From Bacillota bacterium (GTDB taxonomy: Bacteria > Bacillota > Limnochordia > DTU080): a stretch of DNA of 63,620 nt. The stretch's first letter is position 1. Each line of letters starts with the position of its first letter. Location of the stretch: positions 1-63,620 of the forward strand of contig DUQB01000159.1 in the NCBI GenBank assembly GCA_012838035.1. The letters run 5' to 3'. The translations under genes and the position numbers were made by a program. Below are positions 19,981 through 29,443 of the stretch, piece by piece. The notes below the pieces were generated by a model. The model was not told the DNA's origin and ran no database searches. It saw only the letters and a program-made list of their open reading frames with translations.

Positions 19981-21084
19981 TCAGCGCCTTCTACATGTGT
20001 AATCGGCTGCCTCCAGAATCCGCAAAGCTTGCGCAACTGCCTCTTCCCCGGCCAATGCCAGTCTGAGAGTACCTCCCTCTCCTTCTCGCACTCGCATGAT
20101 CTCAATGTCCAGGATGTTCAGGCCTGCTTCAGCCAACAACCCCGTCACGCGATGTATGGACCCAGGAGCGTCGACGATCATCACGGTCAGTTCGTGGACC
20201 GCACTAATGAGCCCGCGCTTTTTAGCCGGAATCGCCGCCCGTGCTTCCCGTGCCTGCGCCAACAGGCTCTCCAAACCGTTTTCGTCCGCTGCGGCGATAG
20301 CCTGTTCAAAGCGCCGGAGTTCAGACTGCAACAGGCGCAACACCTGCAAAATGGCCGTTTGATTGGTCATACAGATGTCGCGCCACACCGTCTCTGATCC
20401 GCCCGCAATGCGTGTCGTGTCACGAAAGCCGCCTGCGGCGAGCTGTAGAACGCAGCCTTCTCCTGCATCCTGCGCAGCGACCGTATTCACCAACGCCGCG
20501 GCTGTCAGGTGAGGAACGTGGCTCACTGCCGCCACTATTAAATCATGCATCTCTGGCGTTAACTGCAAACTGCGAGCTCCGGTCGCCTCTACCAACTGCA
20601 GCGCCAAACGCCATGGCGGCGCCTCCGCGGTCATCCCTGCCGGAGGAGTTAAACAATAGACCGCATTTTCAAATAAATAAGGATCAGCCGCAGCTACGCC
20701 TGTCAGTTCCGAACCGGCCATAGGATGACCTCCTATGAAGGTGACGCCGTCCGGTAATTCGGTCCAAAACTGCCGACAGATATCGGATTTGGTACTGCCG
20801 ACATCGGTGATGATCGCACCGGGTTTCATATACTGTGCCGCTTGCAACCCTAGCGGCACGATTTGTCGCACCGGCGTGCAAAGCACCAACACGTCCGCTT
20901 CCTGCGCCGCCTCAGCCAAATTGGTGGTCCCCCGGTCGATCGCGCCGACGGCCAAGCTTTCTGCGATGCTTTCTTCCCGCCTGAACACGCCTATTACTTC
21001 CGCCGCGTCGGCGCGCCGCCAGGCCATACCTAAGGATCCGCCGATAAGACCTACGCCGACAACCGCCACCTTTGGTCTGCCCAT
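19981..21084 (-). CDS. tyrA: Prephenate dehydrogenase with C-terminal ACT domain
   Basis: GVGLIGGS, TDVGSTK, GGHPMAGSE, SHVPH, GGFRDTTRIA. Confidence 0.93.
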   Translation of the reverse strand: MGRPKVAVVGVGLIGGSLGMAWRRADAAEVIGVFRREESIAESLAVGAIDRGTTNLAEAAQEADVLVLCTPVRQIVPLGLQAAQYMKPGAIITDVGSTKSDICRQFWTELPDGVTFIGGHPMAGSELTGVAAADPYLFENAVYCLTPPAGMTAEAPPWRLALQLVEATGARSLQLTPEMHDLIVAAVSHVPHLTAAALVNTVAAQDAGEGCVLQLAAGGFRDTTRIAGGSETVWRDICMTNQTAILQVLRLLQSELRRFEQAIAAADENGLESLLAQAREARAAIPAKKRGLISAVHELTVMIVDAPGSIHRVTGLLAEAGLNILDIEIMRVREGEGGTLRLALAGEEAVAQALRILEAADYTCRRR

Positions 21085-21085
21085 G

Positions 21086-22099
21086 TCATACCTCCCGTCC
21101 CACTGCGGCGGCTATGGGCTTCAGCTTGGCCATCATATCGGCAAAAACCTGTGGCCGCAGGCTTTGCGCTCCATCGGACAAGGCCTCTTCCGGACGCGGG
21201 TGTACTTCCACCAGCAATCCATCGGCCCCCACAGCGACAGCCGCCAACGACATGGGAGTGACATAACGCCATTTACCTGTGCCGTGCGAAGGATCAGCTA
21301 TTACCGGTAGGTGCGAAAGGTGATGTATAGCCGCGATAGCGCTGAGATCAAGGGTATTGCGCGTCTCGGTTTCATAGGTGCGAATTCCGCGTTCACACAA
21401 TACTACCTGATCGTTGCCCGCCGAAATGATGTACTCGGCAGCCATGAGCAACTCATTGACGGTTGCCGACAACCCTCGCTTCAGCAGAATCGGCTTACGG
21501 GCCAAACCGGCCTCATGCAGCAATGTAAAGTTCTGCATGTTGCGCGCCCCGATCTGCAGCATGTCCGCGTGTTCAGCCACGTCGTCCAGGTCGCGGGGAT
21601 TAACCACTTCCGTGACTACAGGCAGGCCGGTAAATCGTTTCGCTTCGGATAGGATGCGGAGTCCTTCTTTGGCCAACCCTTGAAAGGCATAGGGTGAAGT
21701 GCGCGGTTTATAGGCTCCGCCGCGCAGCATTGTGGCCCCATATTGCTTCACCAATTGTGCGCACTCCAAAAACTGTTCTTCCGATTCGATGGCACAAGGA
21801 CCGGCGATCACCGGTACATGGGTACCGCCGAAGACACATGAGCCTGCCTTTACCAGCGAGCGCTCCTGTTTGAACTCACGCCCGGCCAGCTTGAACGGTT
21901 GCAGAATAGGTACGATTTTCTCTACTCCAGGCGAAACCTCAAGCAGTTGAATCGTCGCCGCCGTTTTCTCGCCGATGGCGCCGATAATCGTCCGTTCGAC
22001 GCCTTCGGAAAGATGTGTACGAAAGCCGAACTCGTGCAAGCGCTCGACCATAGCCTTCACCTGATCCGTGCTCGCACCTTTCTCCATGACCACAACCAT
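21086..22099 (-). CDS. aroF: DAHP synthase (type I-beta with N-terminal regulatory domain)
   Basis: IAGPCAIE, RGGAYKPRTSPY, QIGARNMQNF, LKRG, DPSHGTG. Confidence 0.95.
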   Translation of the reverse strand: MVVVMEKGASTDQVKAMVERLHEFGFRTHLSEGVERTIIGAIGEKTAATIQLLEVSPGVEKIVPILQPFKLAGREFKQERSLVKAGSCVFGGTHVPVIAGPCAIESEEQFLECAQLVKQYGATMLRGGAYKPRTSPYAFQGLAKEGLRILSEAKRFTGLPVVTEVVNPRDLDDVAEHADMLQIGARNMQNFTLLHEAGLARKPILLKRGLSATVNELLMAAEYIISAGNDQVVLCERGIRTYETETRNTLDLSAIAAIHHLSHLPVIADPSHGTGKWRYVTPMSLAAVAVGADGLLVEVHPRPEEALSDGAQSLRPQVFADMMAKLKPIAAAVGREV

Positions 22100-22198
22100 T
22101 GTTTTTCCTCCCTCAAAGTGTTTCTACTGTCCTACCGTCCTGTCATACCACACTGTGGTTTGGGAGAGTCTTTTCTCTTAATTGGAAACCGCCGGCCC

Positions 22199-23299
22199 TT
22201 AGTGGAGATTCTGAAGCACCTGTTTCAACACGGTACCCAACCTTTGGTTCTCATGTTCTTGTCCGATAGTGACGCGCAACGCGTTGGGGCGGTTAAATGC
22301 GGCTCCGGACCGTAAAATGATCCCTTGTTGTAATACCGCTTCATACACCGGCTGACTGGGGCGTCCGACATCGACGAAGATGAAGTTGCTTTGGCTAGGC
22401 CAACACCGTAAACCCAGTTCATCAAAAATCGCATAAAGTTGTGCTTTGCCTGCTTGATTCATCCGGCGACTCTTTTCGACATGCTCCTGATCTTCCAGAG
22501 CGGCTATGGCGGCTGCTTGTGCCGGCGCATTGACGTTAAAAGGTTGCTTAATCCGGTGCAAATCGGCTACTACGGCCTCCGGTCCGATCAGATATCCGAC
22601 TCGCAGACCGGCTAGACCATAGATTTTGGAAAAGGTACGCACGGTGGCAACCGGGTATCCCTGGGCGAGCAACCCCAATACATCCGGGAAATCAGGCGCA
22701 TCCGCATACTCGACGTAAGCTTCGTCGAAAACGACTAAAACGCCGGGAGGTACGCCGTCCAGAAACCGCTGCGCCGCATCGGCATTCACATACGTTCCGG
22801 TGGGATTATTGGGGTTACAGATGAAAACCAACTTGGTGTTCGGCGTAATCGCCGCCAACATCGCGTCGAGATCGAACGTTTCATCCTTTAAGGGTACCGC
22901 GATCTCTTTCGCCCCCAGCACTCTGGCTGCATAGGCGTATTCACTAAAGGTAGGCGTCCCATACATGATCGCATCGCTCGGTTCCAGATAGGTGGTTGCC
23001 AGGAGTAACAGCACCTCGTCCGACCCATTGCCGACGATGACCTGTTCCGGTAAAACGTGCCAGTGTGTGGCAATCGCTTGCCGCAGAGCACGGGCCGCGC
23101 CGTCCGGATAGATATGAGCTGCGCCTAAAGTCTCCTGCATGGCCAGCACTGCTTTTGGCGATGGACCAAGGGGGTTTTCGTTAGACGCCATCTTTATCAC
23201 GTCTGTTAATCCCAGTTCCTCTTGCACTTCGGCAATGGGTTTTCCGGGTATGTAAGGCTCTATACGTGCCAAGGCGGCGCGGCTTTTAGGGAGTTGCAT
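22199..23299 (-). CDS. hisC: Histidinol-phosphate / aromatic amino acid aminotransferase
   Basis: KMASNENP, GNGSDE, CNPNNPTG, DEAY, RTFSKIYGLAGLRVGY. Confidence 0.92.
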   Translation of the reverse strand: MQLPKSRAALARIEPYIPGKPIAEVQEELGLTDVIKMASNENPLGPSPKAVLAMQETLGAAHIYPDGAARALRQAIATHWHVLPEQVIVGNGSDEVLLLLATTYLEPSDAIMYGTPTFSEYAYAARVLGAKEIAVPLKDETFDLDAMLAAITPNTKLVFICNPNNPTGTYVNADAAQRFLDGVPPGVLVVFDEAYVEYADAPDFPDVLGLLAQGYPVATVRTFSKIYGLAGLRVGYLIGPEAVVADLHRIKQPFNVNAPAQAAAIAALEDQEHVEKSRRMNQAGKAQLYAIFDELGLRCWPSQSNFIFVDVGRPSQPVYEAVLQQGIILRSGAAFNRPNALRVTIGQEHENQRLGTVLKQVLQNLH

Positions 23300-23343
23300 T
23301 CCTGGTACCTCCTATGAATCTGTTGGCTCGGGATCAAACCTGT

Positions 23344-23742
23344 CTATTGCTCGGCAGGCGCCAAATCGGGTCTTAAAACCTTGGCTCCGCGGAGGTAGAC
23401 ATGGTTGATCTCACTTTGCGTCAAGTCAGTATTTATATGCATTAAACAACGAATACACTTAGGTAGACTACCGGGTACCGGAATCTCCAAAGCATCCATC
23501 AGCGGCACTAGCGTCAACCCCAACCGTCTGGCGCCTAGAGCGGGAAATGCGGCATTTAGGTCAGGCGTCACGGTAAAAAGGATGCTGACAATCTCCTCGC
23601 TAGACAGCTTGTTTTGTTCCATGATGGCGGCCACAAGTTCTGCTGTCGCCGTCACGATCTCTTCCCTATCGTTGTGCGTTACGGTAGTAGCGCCGCGAAT
23701 GGCTCTGGTAACCCATCGGCGCTGCGGCTCGGATGCCACCAT
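23344..23742 (-). CDS. aroH: Chorismate mutase, AroH type
   Basis: RAIRGATTV, FTVTPDL, FPA, HVYLRGAKVLRPDL. Confidence 0.93.
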   Translation of the reverse strand: MVASEPQRRWVTRAIRGATTVTHNDREEIVTATAELVAAIMEQNKLSSEEIVSILFTVTPDLNAAFPALGARRLGLTLVPLMDALEIPVPGSLPKCIRCLMHINTDLTQSEINHVYLRGAKVLRPDLAPAEQ

Positions 23743-23758
23743 GATGAACCCGCCTCCC

Positions 23759-24193
23759 CTACTTAGATGCCGGCACGGCGCGATGCCCCAAACCTAACGC
23801 GACCTCGTCCAAATGCAACAAGCCGACGCCGAAGAAGAGCGCTACGGCGATATGGTCGCCGCTACGGGCAATACCGACCTTGCCGCCGATGTTTAATCCT
23901 ATAGCCTTCAGCGCCAATTGCTGCAAGGCTTCATGTGCAGCCCCGGCTACGGCGCCCTCTTCCGCATGAGTAGGCGCAATGACCGCTTCTCGCTTGGCCG
24001 CGACCACGGCTCGTTCTATCACGCGCGAGACAGCCGTCAGATAGTCGCCGCCGTAGTCGGCAGCGGCAGCTCGGATACTCTGTCTGCTCAACTCAGCTTT
24101 CATGTCGACTTCTGCTTCACGACTACCGGTCAAAGCCATTTTAATAGCTGCTTTGGCAACATCCCTACTGCGACTCGTTTGCATTGTCACCAT
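23759..24193 (-). CDS. hutP: HutP-family RNA-binding antiterminator
   Basis: ERAVVAAKRE, HAEEGAVAGAAHEAL, GGKVGIAR, LGLGHR; start reassigned to an ATG after GAGG. Confidence 0.85.
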   Translation of the reverse strand: MVTMQTSRSRDVAKAAIKMALTGSREAEVDMKAELSRQSIRAAAADYGGDYLTAVSRVIERAVVAAKREAVIAPTHAEEGAVAGAAHEALQQLALKAIGLNIGGKVGIARSGDHIAVALFFGVGLLHLDEVALGLGHRAVPASK

Positions 24194-24204
24194 CCTCGTC
24201 CGAG

Positions 24205-24425
24205 AAAAATGCAAAAAGCGACACCAGATGGGGTCGCAGGATAAACGGTGATAGCCATTATGAGTTAGTAATTGCCAATGCCTTACCGTCTACCGTGCTA
24301 CCGTCCTACTAGTGAATATAACAACCGCCAAAAAGGGAGAACCAACTCAATCTGTCGTTTCGCCTGCTACAGAACCTGTTAGCTGAGGATCGCCGGAGGT
24401 TTGCGTAGCAGAGTGATGTCTTGTC
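24205..24425 (-). ncRNA. Candidate attenuator leader RNA upstream of hutP
   Basis: Promoter, alternative hairpins, (A)CGGUAG repeats and a terminator-like hairpin plus U5 just before the hutP SD. Confidence 0.5.
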
Positions 24426-24429
24426 GCAC

Positions 24430-24458
24430 ATTATACTACACCTACCTTAGCATCACAA
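24430..24458 (-). promoter_or_regulatory. Sigma-A promoter for the hutP-aro operon leader
   Basis: TTGTGA-N17-TATAAT. Confidence 0.65.
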
Positions 24459-24493
24459 GCAGGGAAGCAGTCTCATCCGCCGGCATCATGCCG

Positions 24494-25225
24494 TTACGCC
24501 TCATTCAAACCTACGGCTCGACGCAGATTACCTAGTTCAATATCTGTAAGGCGCCGACTCCGCCCCGCACTAAGTCTGCCCAAGGTGAGCGGCCCCATGC
24601 CGATCCGGCATAATGAGACCACTTGATACCCCAAGGCTGCGCACATGCGCCTGATCTGACGATTCCGTCCTTCATGCAACTCAAAGAGCAACTCAGTCCC
24701 ACCGGATCGGGTTCGCAGCCGCTCAACTCTGGCCGGCAGCGTAGGGCCATCCTCCAGCATCACGCCTTGCGACCAGTGATTAACATCCTCTTTGGTCGGA
24801 AATCCGTCTACAACTACCCGATATACCTTTTTTACCTGGTAGCGGGGGTGGATTAACCGCTGCGCCAGTTCGCCGTCGTTCGTAAGCAGTAACAGCCCGC
24901 AAGAATCGTAATCCAACCTGCCGACCGGATAGACGCGCTCTGTGACATTCCCAAGCAGGTCGACGACGGTACGTCTTCCCCTATCGTCTTTTGCAGTGCT
25001 CAGTACGCCTACTGGTTTGTTGAGCATGTAGTAAACAAACGGCTCGATTCGGGCGAGCAAGCGTCCCTCAACTGCGACTTGGTCATACTCCGGCTCGACT
25101 ATGACCCCCATTTCGCGCACAGTTGCGCCATTAACCGTTACTTTGCCCTCACGAATCAGCCTTTCAGCGCCCCGACGCGAAGCTATCCCACAAGCTGCGA
25201 TGTATTTTTGCAAACGTATGCCCAT
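24494..25225 (-). CDS. rluB: 23S rRNA pseudouridine synthase B (S4 domain)
   Basis: RLQKYIAACGIASRR, YPVGRLDYDS, LHEGRNRQIRRM; follows scpB as in other Firmicutes. Confidence 0.93.
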   Translation of the reverse strand: MGIRLQKYIAACGIASRRGAERLIREGKVTVNGATVREMGVIVEPEYDQVAVEGRLLARIEPFVYYMLNKPVGVLSTAKDDRGRRTVVDLLGNVTERVYPVGRLDYDSCGLLLLTNDGELAQRLIHPRYQVKKVYRVVVDGFPTKEDVNHWSQGVMLEDGPTLPARVERLRTRSGGTELLFELHEGRNRQIRRMCAALGYQVVSLCRIGMGPLTLGRLSAGRSRRLTDIELGNLRRAVGLNEA

Positions 25226-25274
25226 ACTCATCCCTTCTCGTGTTCTTTCGGGTATGCAGAAACCGTCGGTCAAC

Positions 25275-25314
25275 AAAAAGGAAAGACCACCCCGACGACC
25301 GGGAGAGTCTTCCC
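25275..25314 (-). terminator. Intrinsic terminator after ytfJ
   Basis: GGAAGAC..TCCC/GGGG..GTCTTTCC hairpin followed by TTTTT. Confidence 0.65.
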
Positions 25315-25370
25315 TATAACGTGCTGACAATCCTGCTATGCGGCAGGTGAACCGGAAAAACCAGTTTGAA

Positions 25371-25796
25371 CTAGAGGTCCAGATCGGTAAAACCAGCAGG
25401 TACCTTGGACCGGTTGTTCTTCCCGCCACCGATCATACCCTGCAGTTGTTCCAAAATGCGCGGGGCCATATCAATCAGCCGATCGACTACGACATTGCCT
25501 TCAATAGGTAAGAGACGAACCTGGCCCTGACCTACCACTAGAAATGAGACCGGGTTCACCGAAATGCCTGCACCTGCGCCACCGCCAAAGGGGAAGCCCT
25601 TTTGCTCTTTCTTCTCTTCGACTTCGTATTCGGTACCCCCGGCGGCAAAGCCCAAGCTGATGCGCGAAACCGGTACAATTACGCTACCATCAGGTGTTTC
25701 AACCGGATCGCCCAGTATGGTGTTTACATCTACCATCGACTTGATGCTTTCCATCGCCGTCTGCATTAAGCCCTCAATAGGGTGTTTACCCTCCAA
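25371..25796 (-). CDS. ytfJ: Sporulation/germination protein YtfJ (GerW family)
   Basis: HPIEGLMQTAMESIKSMVDVNTILGDPV, GGGAGAGISV.P; TTG start after AAGGAGG. Confidence 0.92.
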   Translation of the reverse strand: MEGKHPIEGLMQTAMESIKSMVDVNTILGDPVETPDGSVIVPVSRISLGFAAGGTEYEVEEKKEQKGFPFGGGAGAGISVNPVSFLVVGQGQVRLLPIEGNVVVDRLIDMAPRILEQLQGMIGGGKNNRSKVPAGFTDLDL

Positions 25797-26568
25797 AGCC
25801 GCCAGCCTCCTTACCTTGCCACCGGTGTGCGGCATCACACACCGCTCGCCACATAATCTGACCTAATGTGAGGTGGAATATGCAACGGAAATCGGTAACA
25901 AACTCCACCGCCTCAAACTCAGGAACCACATCCATTTGCGGTAACTGCGACAGACGGTACCTCTGCTGCAGCAAAGTGCTGAAAGTGGACTTCACCGTCC
26001 AAAGGAGACCTGATCCTAGAGCAGTTGACAAAGCGTCTCCCGTACCCAAGCGAGTGCGCCAGGCTATTTCCACCTGACACACCTGCCGGAGAAACGCTAC
26101 TACGCTACCGGCGAGCAAATGTAACAAGGGGCTGCCTAATGCTCTGGAGCGATTGTCGTTCGGATCGCGGCCGAACAATAAGGTTTGTAGCAGATCAAAC
26201 GCGGCCAAGATACGATGTAAGCCCGATTCCCCCAGTTTAAGTTCCTCTGCCAGTTTTCTCAGGGTGAGCGTTTCTCTCAAGTAACGTCCGCCATGTTCTG
26301 GTTTTAAACCGGCACGCACCCGCAAAGATAATCCACCAGGATTGATACGAATCCAGCGAGTGGGAAGTACGACACGCCAATGGATCAGATGAGCTAGGAC
26401 CACAACCACGCGCACGACGGCGCGACCTTGCGCATAGTGAAATGACACGCCGCAACCGATCGGCGCCAAGCTGATTACAAGCATGCAGATACCTGCAGCA
26501 ATCAGCCGCCAAACCAAAAGGGCACCTCCCATTACGCAGGGTGCCCCAGTTAGTACCCATTTAGTCAA
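25786..26568 (-). CDS. DUF2953 / YtfI-like protein
   Basis: N-terminal TM, C-terminal TRLGTGDA..TA..SG motif, directly upstream of ytfJ. Confidence 0.7.
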   Translation of the reverse strand: MTKWVLTGAPCVMGGALLVWRLIAAGICMLVISLAPIGCGVSFHYAQGRAVVRVVVVLAHLIHWRVVLPTRWIRINPGGLSLRVRAGLKPEHGGRYLRETLTLRKLAEELKLGESGLHRILAAFDLLQTLLFGRDPNDNRSRALGSPLLHLLAGSVVAFLRQVCQVEIAWRTRLGTGDALSTALGSGLLWTVKSTFSTLLQQRYRLSQLPQMDVVPEFEAVEFVTDFRCIFHLTLGQIMWRAVCDAAHRWQGKEAGGFGG

Positions 26569-26587
26569 TTGTTACCATCCGCGTAGG

Positions 26588-27133
26588 TTATGCGTTAAAG
26601 TCCAGCTGCGGCTGGGTTGTCTCGCCGGATTCCAGCGGCGGCAGATCATTTAGAGAGTTCAAGCCGAACTCTATGAGAAAGCGTTGCGTGGTGCGGTAGA
26701 GAATCGGGCGACCGGGCCCCTCTTTGCGCCCGCACTCCTCTACGAGGTCGCGCTCGATTAAAGAGCCGAGGGCGGCTTCAGCCCGAACGCCGCGTATAGC
26801 TTCAATGTCTGCACGTGTAACAGGTTGTTTGTACGCCACAATAGCGAGAGTCTCCAAACCTGCTTGCGAAAGTCCGCCGCTGCGCACCGGCCGCAACAGT
26901 TCGGTAACGAGAGGGGCGTACTCGGGCTTGCTCACCAAACGGACGCCTCCGCCCGCGTAGTCAAGCATAAAGCCGTAATCCGGCGCCTGATACTTACTCT
27001 CCAAATGCTCTAACGCGGCATCGACCAAATTGATGCTGATATTCAAAACGCGCGCCAGCTCCGCAACAGGTACGGGTTCCGCTGCGGCAAACAAAAGGGC
27101 TTCCAAACCTGCGCTGATATGCGGCTCAATCAT
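26588..27133 (-). CDS. scpB: SMC-Scp complex subunit ScpB
   Basis: LEALLFAA.EP, LSQAGLETLAIVAYKQPVTRADIEAIRGV, GRPILYRTT. Confidence 0.95.
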   Translation of the reverse strand: MIEPHISAGLEALLFAAAEPVPVAELARVLNISINLVDAALEHLESKYQAPDYGFMLDYAGGGVRLVSKPEYAPLVTELLRPVRSGGLSQAGLETLAIVAYKQPVTRADIEAIRGVRAEAALGSLIERDLVEECGRKEGPGRPILYRTTQRFLIEFGLNSLNDLPPLESGETTQPQLDFNA

Positions 27134-27914
27134 CATCATCGCCTTCTTCCACTGCCGAATCGGCCGTTGCATATGCATTAGAATCGGCTTCCTCGACAAA
27201 GCGAGACAGCTCGATGTTACCAAAGGGCTCCGCTTGCGCTACGCGCAGCAGTCCCCGTCGTACCAATTCCAGCAATGCCAAAAACGTGACGACGACGTCT
27301 TGTTTGGTAGGATGCTTGGGTAACAGGCTTTGAAAGGTACAATGGGGATACTGCAGTAACATGCTCTCTATAGCCCTAATGCGCCCTTCCACCGTGAGCG
27401 CCCGCCGCGGCACCGCAACCGTAGGTGCCGGAGGTTGATAGGCTTCCAACACCACCTGCATTGCGGCAACCAGGTCTTTTACCGTCGCTTTACCTACAGG
27501 GTGTATAAACAGAGGGCGCATGTCGGCAGGTACAGGCGTAAAACCGCGCGAGTAGAGTTTGTCACGGCCGGCCTGAAACGCGCTGAGCGCCTGTGCGGCA
27601 GAACGGTAACGGCGATACTCCAACAGTCGGTTGACCAGCTCAAGACGCGGGTCGACCTGTATCTCATCAACATCGTCGGAATCGGCAGGAGGCAACAAGG
27701 CGCGCGCTTTAATGGCAAGAAGAGTCGCAGCCATGACTAAAAACTCTCCCGCCAGCTCTAAATCCAACTCCTGCAGAGTCGTTATATAGTCCAGATACTG
27801 CTCGGTGATGCGCGCGATGGGGATATCCCATATCGCCACTTCTTCTTTTTCGATAAGGTGAAAGAGCAGTTCGAAAGGACCCTCAAATATGGGTAAACAG
27901 ACCTGGTAGCTCAT
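27126..27914 (-). CDS. scpA: Segregation and condensation protein A
   Basis: FEGPFELL, ITEQYL, EFLVMAATLLAIKAR.LLP, VTFLALLEL. Confidence 0.95.
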   Translation of the reverse strand: MSYQVCLPIFEGPFELLFHLIEKEEVAIWDIPIARITEQYLDYITTLQELDLELAGEFLVMAATLLAIKARALLPPADSDDVDEIQVDPRLELVNRLLEYRRYRSAAQALSAFQAGRDKLYSRGFTPVPADMRPLFIHPVGKATVKDLVAAMQVVLEAYQPPAPTVAVPRRALTVEGRIRAIESMLLQYPHCTFQSLLPKHPTKQDVVVTFLALLELVRRGLLRVAQAEPFGNIELSRFVEEADSNAYATADSAVEEGDDDD

Positions 27915-27971
27915 ATTCCGATAGTAGCACAAGCCTGTATACCTAGCAATGCGTCCGTAGCCGCACCGGTG

Positions 27972-29420
27972 CTATGGCGCCGCATCGGGGTCTTGCTTAG
28001 CAATTTTCTGCGGTCGTTTAGTGATGGCCGGGATGGGAAAGCGGAGAATAAGGCGTAGCAAGGGTTGCCAAGACAACGGACAAAGCGGCCACAAGTAAGG
28101 CACGCCGAAATTGCCGGTTGAGACCATCAAGAGGAGAATGAGGACGCTGCCGATAACCAAACCGGTCAGCTTCCCGATGATAACAGCCGCCAGGAGCATG
28201 TAACGAAATAATCGTACGGCCAAACCAAATTCGGCACTTGGAATGGCGAAGTAACCTACCGCTGCTACGGCAGAGTACAAGATGGTTTCCGGTACGAACA
28301 GCCCTACTTGAATAGCCAGGTCGCCCAACAATATCGCCCCTACGATACCCAATGACGTGGACAGAGATCCGGGAGTATGAATAAGCGCCATGCGAATGAG
28401 ATCCAATCCCACTTCCAACAAAAGAAACTGGAGGAACACCGGAACGGCGCTCGCCTCTCGAGTGCCGATGAACTGCAACCACTGCGGTAGATCAGGCTTA
28501 CTCAAGTAAAGTGCCAGCCACAATGGAGTGATCCATAAAGCGACGGCGATGCCGATCATCCTCACCCAGCGGAGATAAGTACCTACCAGCGGTGAGTGGA
28601 AGTACTCCTCAGCATGCTGTGTGAAGTGAAAGAGCGTCACTGGTAAAATCATGGCCATCGGCGTCGTATCCACCAGAATGACTACGTGACCTTCCAACAG
28701 GTGTACTGTGGCGACATCGGGCCTTTCAGTATATCGCACGCGAGGCAAGGGGTTAAAGTACCTCTTGAACAGGTATTCCTCCAGGCTCTTGGCTCCCATT
28801 ACCAGCGCGTCGACCTGAATCGCAGCAATCCGACGCTTGATTTGATCAACTATGTCCAAGTTGACGATATCGGCAATGTAACCGATCGCCACATCAGTCT
28901 TGGATCTTGCGCCTACCTGCAGCATTTCGAACCGCAGATTCGGATCGCGCACCCTGCGCCGAATCAGCGCCGTGTTGAATACTACGGTCTCAACAAAACC
29001 ATCGTGCGAACCTCGAGTCACTTTCTCTAAATCCGGCTCTGCAATACTGCGCACCGGATACTCGCGTACATCAAGGATGATCGCTTGCTCTTCACCGTCG
29101 ATCAACAAGGCGGCAGGACCAGCCAAGATTTGATCCACTACCCCTGCCAAGGTATCTACCGTATCGACTTCAAAAGCGGCGATATGTCTCTCCAGCAGCT
29201 TTGTAATTACATTTGATATCAAGTCGGCCCGTTGGATCCATTGCAACGCGGCAATGATGTCCTGGGTCACTTTGTCTTTGATAAAGCCGTCGATGAAGAT
29301 GAGAGCCGCATCTCTGCCGCCGGTGCGGAAAGGTCGCACGATAACATCGAAGCTGACTCCAACCCCTAAGGTTTCTCGCAACAAACGCAGGTTTTCGTTC
29401 AAATGCCGGTCAATCCGCAA
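27972..29420 (-). CDS. spoVAF: GerA-family spore protein, SpoVAF-like
   Basis: EPDLEKVTRGSHDGFVET, NTALIRRRVRD, RYTERPD; C-terminal TM helices. Confidence 0.8.
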   Translation of the reverse strand: MRIDRHLNENLRLLRETLGVGVSFDVIVRPFRTGGRDAALIFIDGFIKDKVTQDIIAALQWIQRADLISNVITKLLERHIAAFEVDTVDTLAGVVDQILAGPAALLIDGEEQAIILDVREYPVRSIAEPDLEKVTRGSHDGFVETVVFNTALIRRRVRDPNLRFEMLQVGARSKTDVAIGYIADIVNLDIVDQIKRRIAAIQVDALVMGAKSLEEYLFKRYFNPLPRVRYTERPDVATVHLLEGHVVILVDTTPMAMILPVTLFHFTQHAEEYFHSPLVGTYLRWVRMIGIAVALWITPLWLALYLSKPDLPQWLQFIGTREASAVPVFLQFLLLEVGLDLIRMALIHTPGSLSTSLGIVGAILLGDLAIQVGLFVPETILYSAVAAVGYFAIPSAEFGLAVRLFRYMLLAAVIIGKLTGLVIGSVLILLLMVSTGNFGVPYLWPLCPLSWQPLLRLILRFPIPAITKRPQKIAKQDPDAAP

Positions 29421-29443
29421 GTAACAGCACCTCTATAAACGAT

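Noticed and set aside
24380-24405. ACGCAAACCUCCGGC resembles part of the c-di-GMP-I riboswitch
   Set aside because: The upstream GGCAAAC...GAAA tetraloop hairpin and the receptor pairing are absent
24309-24431. 40-codon ORF MCDKTSL...YIH spanning the hutP leader
   Set aside because: Its ATG overlaps the -10 box, so it would not be in the transcript; only the short TTG-started tail is kept as a weak finding
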